Shown: positions 45,172 to 52,638 of the stretch, in pieces
Numbering within the stretch: position 1 is the stretch's first letter
Layout: each line of letters begins with the position of its first letter
Assembly: GCA_016218805.1 (NCBI GenBank)
Contig: JACRCW010000156.1
Location: 1 to 52,638, forward strand
Length of the DNA stretch: 52,638 nt
DNA from: Deltaproteobacteria bacterium
GTDB lineage: Bacteria > Myxococcota > JACRCW01
Direction of reading: 5' to 3'
The notes under the pieces: generated by a model
Seen by the model: only the letters and a program-made list of their open reading frames with translations
What the model was told of the DNA's origin: nothing
The model's database searches: none
Program-made: the position numbers and the translations under genes

Positions 45172-46875
45172 ATGAACCGCTCCATCACGTTGTACGGCCT
45201 GGCCGCGCTGGCCCTGGCGCTGCCTGCCTGTGACGGGTGTGAACTGGAAACCGTTGAGGACGCACCCGGCACATTCAAGGGCACCGTCTGCCACCAGGTC
45301 ACCGGCCGTCCGTCCGTGGGCGCCACCATCACCGTGAAGGCCAAGAAGTCCGGCGGTGACATTGAGCTGACCGCCACCAGTGACGGCGCCGGGAAGTTCC
45401 AGCTGGACAACGTCCCGCCGGGGACGGCCCGGGTCACCATCAGCGGCGAAGGCGTGCATGATCTCGCCGTGACGCCCGATCCCGAGATTAAAACCGGGCT
45501 CGTCACCGAGTGGATGGACCCCATGTGCATCGACCCGACGCGCAACCTGGGTCACGGGTGCGTCACCGGGCAGGTCTGCAACCGGCACACCGGCGGGTAC
45601 GTGTCCGGCGCCAGCGTCACGGTGGTGCTGTCCAACGTCCAGGCGCAGGCGGGTGACGCCGAGCTGGCCACCACCACCAATCCGCAGGGCGTCTTCCAGA
45701 TCTGTGATGTGCCGGAAGGCACGCACACCGTGCTTATCCGCGGCGTGGGCTACCAGAAGGCGTACCCCGCCACGGTGACGGACGGGAACACCACCGAGGT
45801 GGTCGCCAACCCGTCTTGTAACGCTTACGATCCGCAGGATTACTGCGTGGTGCAGGGCCGCGTGTGCACCTCTGAGACGCCGCCCGGCTGGCTGCCGGAC
45901 GCGCGGGTCACCGCGCAGATGCTGGATGCCGTTGGCAACCCCCTGGTCCCCGCCGTCACCGAAGCGGAGCCCGAGTTCACCGACGCCGAGGGGCGCTACG
46001 AGTTGTACCTGCAGCCCGAGGGGCGGTGGCGCGTGCAGGTGCAGAAGGGCACGTTTGTGTCCCGGCAGGACGTCAGCTGCCTCAAGGGGGAGACCACCGT
46101 GATCCAGGAGGGCACGCAGTGCGTATCCGCCGGCGAATGCCGGTTCCTGGTGGTGACGGGGATCTTTGACCGGATTGAAAACGTGCTGGGGCGCGTGGGT
46201 GTGCCGCAAAGCCGCATTGACCTGGTGGACGGCAACCCGGCGGACCTGACGGATGACTGGGCGTTCCGCACCTTTGGCGTGGCGTCCGCGCTGGAGGGCT
46301 ACTGCGGGGTCTTCTTCAACTGCGGTATTGACGAGGCGGCCTTTGCCGGGCCGTTCCAGAACGCGGTGGTGCTCACCAACCTGCGCAACTGGGTCAGCGC
46401 CGGCGGGACGCTGTACGTGTCAGACGAGGCGTACGACGTGGTGGAAAACCTCTACCCCGGCAAGCTGGACTTCTTCCGCAATGATGACCTCCCCTCGGAC
46501 GCGGAGTACGGGCTGCCCGGGGATGTGACCGCCAGCGTCGTGGATGAATCGCTGCGGACCTACCTGGGGCAGGATCTGGTCACCATCAAGTTCAACTACC
46601 AGAGTTGGACGCCCATCATCGGCGTGGATGCGGACGTGCAGGTGTTCCTGCGCGGGAATTCCAACGTGTGCGCGGACGGGGAGCCGTGCTCGTCGTCATT
46701 GACGCTGCAGCAGATCCCGCTGACCATCCGCTACCCGGTGGGACCCAACGGTGGACAGGTGCTGTTCACGTCCTTCCACCTGGAGACGCGCCCGCCGCCC
46801 ACGGACGGGGGCACGCCCACGGAGATCTCCACCGGCGACACCGACCGCGTGATGCGCTTCCTGATGACGCTGTGA
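45172..46875 (+). CDS. surface lipoprotein, paralogue of the previous gene with three repeats
   Basis: LALPA-C lipobox; same repeats; VVTGIFD…FFNCG…SDEAY…FTSFH. Confidence 0.85.
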   Translation: MNRSITLYGLAALALALPACDGCELETVEDAPGTFKGTVCHQVTGRPSVGATITVKAKKSGGDIELTATSDGAGKFQLDNVPPGTARVTISGEGVHDLAVTPDPEIKTGLVTEWMDPMCIDPTRNLGHGCVTGQVCNRHTGGYVSGASVTVVLSNVQAQAGDAELATTTNPQGVFQICDVPEGTHTVLIRGVGYQKAYPATVTDGNTTEVVANPSCNAYDPQDYCVVQGRVCTSETPPGWLPDARVTAQMLDAVGNPLVPAVTEAEPEFTDAEGRYELYLQPEGRWRVQVQKGTFVSRQDVSCLKGETTVIQEGTQCVSAGECRFLVVTGIFDRIENVLGRVGVPQSRIDLVDGNPADLTDDWAFRTFGVASALEGYCGVFFNCGIDEAAFAGPFQNAVVLTNLRNWVSAGGTLYVSDEAYDVVENLYPGKLDFFRNDDLPSDAEYGLPGDVTASVVDESLRTYLGQDLVTIKFNYQSWTPIIGVDADVQVFLRGNSNVCADGEPCSSSLTLQQIPLTIRYPVGPNGGQVLFTSFHLETRPPPTDGGTPTEISTGDTDRVMRFLMTL

Positions 46876-46879
46876 GCCT

Positions 46880-47845
46880 TCAGTAACCCAAGCGCTTGTC
46901 CACCACGTTCAGCAGCGGCTCGCCCGCGGTGAAGCGGCGCAGGTTGTCCAGGAACAGCGCGGTGGATTGGTGCAGCCAGCTGGCGGTCTGGTCCGCGCAG
47001 TGTGGCGAGATGAGCACGTTGTCCATCCGCCACAGCGGGCTGTCCGGCGGCAGCGGCTCATGCGTGAACACGTCCAGCGCCGCCCCGCGCAGGTGTCCCG
47101 TTCGCAGTGCCTCCACCAGGGCGTCCTGGTCCACCACCGGGCCGCGGCCGATGTTCACCAGCACCGCGCCCGGCCGCACCGCCGCCAGTTCCGCCCGCCC
47201 GATGAGCCCGCGCGTATCCGCCGCCAGCGGGACCGCCACCACCACGTGGTGCGCCTCCGCCAGCGCGCCGTGCAGCGCCGCGGTCCCGCACACCGCCACG
47301 CCCAGTTCGTCCACCGCGGCGCCGGGGCGGCGCCGGATACCCACCACGTCCATCCCCAGGGCCCGCGCGCGCGTGGCCACCGCCCGGCCAATGGCCCCGT
47401 ACCCGACGATGACCAGCCGCTGCCCGTGCAGTTCCACCATGTCAAAACGCCGCCACGTGCGCTCCGCCTGCTGGCGCAGCAGCCGGCGCAGGCCCTTGGC
47501 AAAGAACAGCATGCCCGCCACCGCGAACTCCGCCAGCGCCACCGCAAAGACGCCGCGTGCGTTGGTGAGCGTGACGGCGCTGTCCACCAGTTCCGGAAAC
47601 AGGACCAGGTCCACGCCCGCGGACAGCGAGTGGACCCAACGCAGCCGCCGGAACCGGCCCCACAGCGGCCGCAGCCCGTCCGAGTTGCCCATGCACAGCA
47701 GCGCTGCGTCGGTGGTGGGCGCGGCCTCCGCCAGCACAGCAAGGTCGGTGGAGAGGGTGAAGGTGACGCCGGGCGGCGCGGTGCGCAGGAGCAGGAGCGG
47801 CGGAGAGGCCGGGTCACCCACGACGAGCACGTGGAGAGGAACCAT
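46880..47845 (-). CDS. D-2-hydroxyacid dehydrogenase
   Basis: SAGVD, GYGAIG, NIGRG, LDVFTHEPL, SPH. Confidence 0.94.
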   Translation of the reverse strand: MVPLHVLVVGDPASPPLLLLRTAPPGVTFTLSTDLAVLAEAAPTTDAALLCMGNSDGLRPLWGRFRRLRWVHSLSAGVDLVLFPELVDSAVTLTNARGVFAVALAEFAVAGMLFFAKGLRRLLRQQAERTWRRFDMVELHGQRLVIVGYGAIGRAVATRARALGMDVVGIRRRPGAAVDELGVAVCGTAALHGALAEAHHVVVAVPLAADTRGLIGRAELAAVRPGAVLVNIGRGPVVDQDALVEALRTGHLRGAALDVFTHEPLPPDSPLWRMDNVLISPHCADQTASWLHQSTALFLDNLRRFTAGEPLLNVVDKRLGY

Positions 47846-47946
47846 GGGGTGAAACCCTAGGGGAGCACGCGGGGGCGCGCACCGGGGCCGGGGCCTGCTA
47901 TCGTCCTCGGCCGGCGGGGCAGGGGACGCCCCAGCGGCGGAGTGCC

Positions 47947-48831
47947 ATGCGAGCGTGGATGTGGGCGGCCGTCGGGGCCGCCGTCATGATGGCCGGTGCG
48001 CCGGCGTGGGCGCAGGACGCGGGTGTGGACGCGGGCAGCACGGCGTCTTCGGCGGGCGCCGCGTCTTCCGCAGCGGCGCCGTCCAGTGCGGCGCCCTCCA
48101 GCGCCATCCCCGCGTCCTCCAGTGTCCCGTCCTCCAGCGCGGCCCCGCCGCCGTCCAGCACCGCGCCGCCCTCCAGCGCGGCGTCCCCAGCGTCCAGCGC
48201 GGCGTCCCCGTCCTCCAGTGCGGTCGCGCCCGCGTCGTCCGCCGGGACGCCGTCCTCAGGCGGTTCGTCCAGCCGCGCGGCGCCGTCGTCGTCCGTGGCC
48301 GCGCCCAGCAGCGCTGAGCCGTGCGTGCCCGGCTGCCGCAACGCGGGCCGCACGCTCCGCTTCTGCATCAACGGGCGCACCTTTGACCGGCAGTGCGCGG
48401 CGGATGAGCGCTGCCAGGCCGGCGCGTGCGTGTACCAGCCTCCGCCGGATGCGGGATCCACCTGCCGCCCCGGGTGCGCGGGATCCACCACCGTCCGCCG
48501 CTGCGTGGGCGGCGAGGCCGTGGATTTGGCGTGCGGGCCGTTCCAGGCGTGCGCGGACGGTGACTGCCATGACGTGGACGCGGGCGTGGGCCCGCCGCCG
48601 GACGGTGGCGCGTGCGTGGACACGTGCGTGGACACCATGACGGCGCGCATCTGCACCAGCACCGGCCAGGCCATGGTGGTGACGTGCAACGAGGACAGCC
48701 CGTGCAGCAACGGCCGCTGCGTTCCTCCGGCGGAGCCCGGCCCCGCGGGCAACTGCGGGTGCACGGGGCTGTCCACCGTGGCGGGCATTGTGTTTGCCGG
48801 ACTGGTGCTGCGCCGCCGCCGCGGCCCATGA
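47947..48831 (+). CDS. cell-surface protein: Ser/Ala-rich stalk, three Cys-rich repeats, MYXO-CTERM-like anchor
   Basis: Signal peptide AWA-Q; C..xC…C…C…C..G.C x3; C-terminal GNCGC + TM + RRRR. Confidence 0.82.
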   Translation: MRAWMWAAVGAAVMMAGAPAWAQDAGVDAGSTASSAGAASSAAAPSSAAPSSAIPASSSVPSSSAAPPPSSTAPPSSAASPASSAASPSSSAVAPASSAGTPSSGGSSSRAAPSSSVAAPSSAEPCVPGCRNAGRTLRFCINGRTFDRQCAADERCQAGACVYQPPPDAGSTCRPGCAGSTTVRRCVGGEAVDLACGPFQACADGDCHDVDAGVGPPPDGGACVDTCVDTMTARICTSTGQAMVVTCNEDSPCSNGRCVPPAEPGPAGNCGCTGLSTVAGIVFAGLVLRRRRGP

Positions 48832-48864
48832 CAGGCGCGCACCGTATGGTAGGCTGGGCGTTGC

Positions 48865-50115
48865 ATGGGTGATTCGGACAGCCATTCCAGAGCCGCCAAC
48901 GGCGTCCGCAGGGTGCTGCTGCTGGATGATGAAGCCAGCGTCCTTGACGTCCTCTCCAACTACCTGCGCTCCCCGCGCCTGGAAATTGTCACCTGCCAGG
49001 AGATTGAGGCGGCGGAGGCGGTGCTCAAGCACAGCCACTTTGACGTTGTGGTCACGGATCTGCGCGTGAGTGAACTGGGCGGGCTGGAGGGCATGCGCCT
49101 CATCCGGTTTGTGGCCACGCACTTCCCGGAGACCGTGGTGCTGGCCATGAGCGGGTTTGTGAACGAGGAGGTGTTGGCCATTGGCCGCGCCGTGGGCGTC
49201 ACGGACGTGCTGCAGAAACCGCTGGACCTCAAGCGGCTGTGGGAGTGGGTGCACGGCCAGGGCGTCCCCATGGAGGTGGGCGGCGAAGGCCCCGTGGAGC
49301 ACATGGACCTGCTGGACGAGTTCATGCAGCGCAACCTGGTGCGCGCGGTGTTCCAGCCCATTGCCGACCTGGCGTTGGTGGAGGGCCCCGGCGAGGACAT
49401 GGCCGGCGAGCAGATCCACGGCTACGAGAGCCTGGCCCGCGCGCCCGCCGGCACGCCGCTGCGCAACCCGGAGATCCTGTTTGAGTACGCCGCGCGCAAG
49501 GAGCGCCTGGTGGAGTGCGACCTGATGTGCATCCGCGCGGCGCTGCGCGATGCTGTGCCGCTGGGGCAGGCGCGGCTGTTCATCAACGTCCACCCGCGCT
49601 CGCTCACCAGCCCGGACGCACCCCGCGCCATCCGGGACGTCGTGGTCGCTGCGGGGCGGGACCCGCGGGACATCGTGCTGGAACTGACTGAGCACCACGC
49701 CATCGTCAATCCGGCCGCGTTTGCCAGCCACCTGCAGAAGCTGCGGGAGTGGGGCTTCCAGTGCGCGCTGGATGATTTTGGCGTGGGCTATGCCAACCTG
49801 CGGCTCATCAGCGAAATCCGCCCCGACTACCTGAAGATCTCCGGCTACTTCTGCCTGGGCGTGGCGCGGGACCCCTACCGCCAGGTGCTCATCCGCAACG
49901 TGGCCCGCATGGCGGGGGACCTCAAGATCCCCGTCATCTGCGAAGGCATTGAAACCGAGGAGGAGCACCACATCGTGCGCCAGCTCGGCGTGCCGTTTGG
50001 ACAGGGCTACCTGTTCAGCCGGCCGCACCCCGGGACGGACCTTGCGCGCCGCTACCTGGGGGCCGCGCCGGCCAGCCCCCAGCCGTCCGTCCCCGCCACG
50101 TCGTTGCTACCGTGA
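48865..50115 (+). CDS. response regulator - EAL c-di-GMP phosphodiesterase
   Basis: REC (LLDDE, VTD, KP) + FQPI, ESLAR, FINV, LELTE, DDFGVGYA, EGIE, QGYLF. Confidence 0.93.
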   Translation: MGDSDSHSRAANGVRRVLLLDDEASVLDVLSNYLRSPRLEIVTCQEIEAAEAVLKHSHFDVVVTDLRVSELGGLEGMRLIRFVATHFPETVVLAMSGFVNEEVLAIGRAVGVTDVLQKPLDLKRLWEWVHGQGVPMEVGGEGPVEHMDLLDEFMQRNLVRAVFQPIADLALVEGPGEDMAGEQIHGYESLARAPAGTPLRNPEILFEYAARKERLVECDLMCIRAALRDAVPLGQARLFINVHPRSLTSPDAPRAIRDVVVAAGRDPRDIVLELTEHHAIVNPAAFASHLQKLREWGFQCALDDFGVGYANLRLISEIRPDYLKISGYFCLGVARDPYRQVLIRNVARMAGDLKIPVICEGIETEEEHHIVRQLGVPFGQGYLFSRPHPGTDLARRYLGAAPASPQPSVPATSLLP

Positions 50116-50799
50116 CGCGGGCGCCGCTTGGGCGCGTTCGTCCAGTGCGTTTCTCGTCGGCACCGGCAGGTGCACCGCCCGGGGCATGACCGCCAGGGGC
50201 AGCGCCGCGGCCGACGCCGAGGTGGCGTCGCGCAGTGCCGCGGGGGGTGTGAGGGGCGGGGGCGCCGGCGGTTCGGCGGACGCCTCCGGTGGCGCCGCGT
50301 CCAGCGTCTGGTCCACGCAGCGGGCCATGCCGCGCGCAGCCTCCGCCTGGAGCAGGTGCGCCACCAGGCGGTCTGTGGCGGCCAGCAGCGCAACGGGATC
50401 TGCCGGGTCCAGCAGCTCCTGCACGGACGCCACCACGTCCGCGGAACCCGTGTCCACCAGCGACAGGGAGACGGCGAGCAGCCCACCCAGCCGCGCCAAC
50501 CGGCCTGTGAGCACGCGCCGCACGCTCAGTCCCTCCTCCAGCGCCACCAGGCAGTCCGTGCACTGGCCCAGCTGCAGCAGCCCGGCACGCGCCAGCACGT
50601 CCTGCAACTCGCGGTCGTGCACCACGCGCGCGGACGGCTCCGCGCGCCGCAGGGCGTCCACCACGCGGTCGGAGAGCACCTGCGCCAACTCGCGGTCCTG
50701 CGCCTGGGCCGCCTCCAGCGTCCACACAAACACGGACGCGCTTTCCGGCGGCGCGGGGGCGGCGGCGGCAAGCAGCAGAACGGGAAGCACAGCCCACAT
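50107..50799 (-). CDS. secreted hypothetical protein (TolB-N/CsgG-like alpha/beta domain)
   Basis: Signal peptide; C..C…L.V..VL.G.L..LG…SLSLVD pattern. Confidence 0.65.
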   Translation of the reverse strand: MWAVLPVLLLAAAAPAPPESASVFVWTLEAAQAQDRELAQVLSDRVVDALRRAEPSARVVHDRELQDVLARAGLLQLGQCTDCLVALEEGLSVRRVLTGRLARLGGLLAVSLSLVDTGSADVVASVQELLDPADPVALLAATDRLVAHLLQAEAARGMARCVDQTLDAAPPEASAEPPAPPPLTPPAALRDATSASAAALPLAVMPRAVHLPVPTRNALDERAQAAPASR

Positions 50800-50880
50800 G
50801 GCCCCAGCACCAGAGCGCGCTGGCGCCGCACGGGCAAATTTCCGGTCCCGAGCGTAGGGTCCTCCCGTCAAGCGCACCGG

Positions 50881-52146
50881 ATGGCAGAACCCGCCCGCCC
50901 CACCCGAGAGACCCGCCGCCTGCGGCGCCGCGCGGAACACGCGTTCCGCCGGGCGGAGCTGGCGGTCTGGCAGTTGGGGGAGCCCGGCGCGGAGGTGCCC
51001 ACCGCGCTGCGCGACCTGGACGAGGCGCTGGCCCGGCTTGACGAGCCGCTGCGCCACGCCACCGGCCTGGCAACCCGGCGCACGGAGCTGGACGGTGCGC
51101 TGCAGGAAGGCGCGGTGCGTGACCGCTACGTCCGGGACCACGGCGTGGACGAGGTCACGCGGGTGACCACGTCCGCCGGTGACCGCATCTATCGCATTGT
51201 GGCGCCCACCTTTCCCGGTCACGAAAACTACCTGTACGTGGTGGTGACGCCGGCGGGCGCGCTGCTGTGGGACGTGGGCAGCGGGCCCATGAGCCGGCCG
51301 GTGATCCAGCGTGGCCTGGAGGTCATCCGCCGCGTCCACCTGGACCCGCTTCCAGAGGCCGACTTCCGCGGCGTGCTGGTGTCGCACGCGCACATTGATC
51401 ACTTTGGTGATGCGGCGTTCTTCCGTGACGCGCTGCACGCGCCGCTGATGGTGCACGAGCTGGATGCGCGCGTGCTCACACGGTTTGAGGAGCGGGTGGT
51501 GGTGACCGCCAAGGACCTGGGCGTGTTCCTGGCGCGCGCCGGGATTCCGCGGGACCGCCGCGAACAACTGGAGGGGATGTACCTGGCGGGCAAGGACTTC
51601 TTCCGCAGCGTGGAGGTGGACCGCCGGTTGCGGCATGACAACATGCTGCTGGGGCGCCTGCGCGTGATTCATACGCCCGGTCACTGTCCCGGCCACATCT
51701 GCCTGCGCGTGGACAACGCGCTGCTGGTGGCCGACCAGGTGCTGGAACCCATCACGCCCAACCTCTCCCCGCAGTCGGTCACACCCTTCAACGGCCTGGA
51801 GAACTACCTGGGCGGCCTGCGCCGCCTGCGCCTGCTGGAGGGGATTGACCACGTCCTGCCCGCGCATGCGGAGCCCATCCCGTCACTGGGCGCGCGGATT
51901 GACCGCATCCTGGAGCACCACCAGGAGCGGCTGGCGCGGGTGACGGACAGCTGCGCAGTGCCGCGCACGGTGGCCGAGGTGGCGGACGCCCTGTACGGCG
52001 CGCAGGAGGGGTACAACGTGCTGCTCGCGCTGACTGAGGCCGGAGCCCACGTGGAGTACCTCCACCAGTACGGGCGCCTGCGCATTGCCAACGTGGACGA
52101 GGTGGCCCGCGAGCGGGATCCCGTGCTGCGGTACGTCACGGACTGA
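50881..52146 (+). CDS. MBL-fold metallo-hydrolase with C-terminal winged-helix-like region
   Basis: SHAHIDH, HTPGHCPGH, AD, PAH. Confidence 0.9.
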   Translation: MAEPARPTRETRRLRRRAEHAFRRAELAVWQLGEPGAEVPTALRDLDEALARLDEPLRHATGLATRRTELDGALQEGAVRDRYVRDHGVDEVTRVTTSAGDRIYRIVAPTFPGHENYLYVVVTPAGALLWDVGSGPMSRPVIQRGLEVIRRVHLDPLPEADFRGVLVSHAHIDHFGDAAFFRDALHAPLMVHELDARVLTRFEERVVVTAKDLGVFLARAGIPRDRREQLEGMYLAGKDFFRSVEVDRRLRHDNMLLGRLRVIHTPGHCPGHICLRVDNALLVADQVLEPITPNLSPQSVTPFNGLENYLGGLRRLRLLEGIDHVLPAHAEPIPSLGARIDRILEHHQERLARVTDSCAVPRTVAEVADALYGAQEGYNVLLALTEAGAHVEYLHQYGRLRIANVDEVARERDPVLRYVTD

Positions 52147-52638
52147 TGGGGAACACCTGCGGCGCGGTACTGGGTGCGGCCCGCCGGTGAACCGACCTTG
52201 CCAAGGGCGCGGACGGAGGCGCCTTTGCGGGTGACCGAGATCCGGTCAGCTGTCCGAAAACCGGGTGGCACCCGACTGGGATGGCGCGGACTCGGTGCGA
52301 TGCGCCGCAGCGCTTGGGCTGGCGCGGGGGTTGCTCCGGCGCTCGCCGTGCCGGGCCACGTCAGTACCCGGGCGGGGGCGCGGCCGCGTCTCAAGTACGC
52401 CCGTGGGGTGGGAATCCGAGCTGCCCCGGCCAGCCGATGAGGAGACCAGTGTTCGTCTAGATCGAACCTTGACGGGAGACGCGTGGGTGAGCCGTGCAAC
52501 GGAGTCCACGCGAGCGTGGTGCGCAGCCGGTTGGTGTCTGTTGGGACCGGTTGGAGTTGATGCAGAGGCCCACCACGTTGACCGGCGCATGACGCAGGCA
52601 AAGCCGGCCCCGGCGAGCGCAGCGGCAGTCCACGGTCA

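Overview
High-GC bacterial chromosomal window, most likely from a Myxococcota-type organism (inferred from a MYXO-CTERM-like sorting signal, a TPR+cNMP protein and many Cys-rich lipoproteins). It holds about 47 protein-coding genes and a tRNA-Ala(CGC). Housekeeping and metabolic genes include kynA, def-fmt, GDPD, a HAD 5'-nucleotidase, GH31 and GH5 hydrolases, and lipid-metabolism enzymes. Highlights: (1) an hdrA-tusA-mvhD/G(fused)-mvhA-protease [NiFe]-hydrogenase operon with no hdrBC, whose HdrA has lost the Cys motif of the cluster that normally passes electrons to HdrC/B; (2) two paralogous secreted fibre proteins that resemble Bdellovibrio mosaic adhesive trimers, with a shared N-terminus and unrelated tips; (3) a foreign-looking ABC-ATPase + TOPRIM-like (DUF3226) pair with a 1-bp frameshift; (4) tandem lipoprotein paralogues, each preceded by a homologous orphan gene tail; (5) a patatin + class III cyclase operon converging on a cNMP-binding protein; (6) several small intergenic repeat elements; (7) strong TCGA avoidance in resident genes. 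All calls come from reading motifs by eye; no database searches were run.
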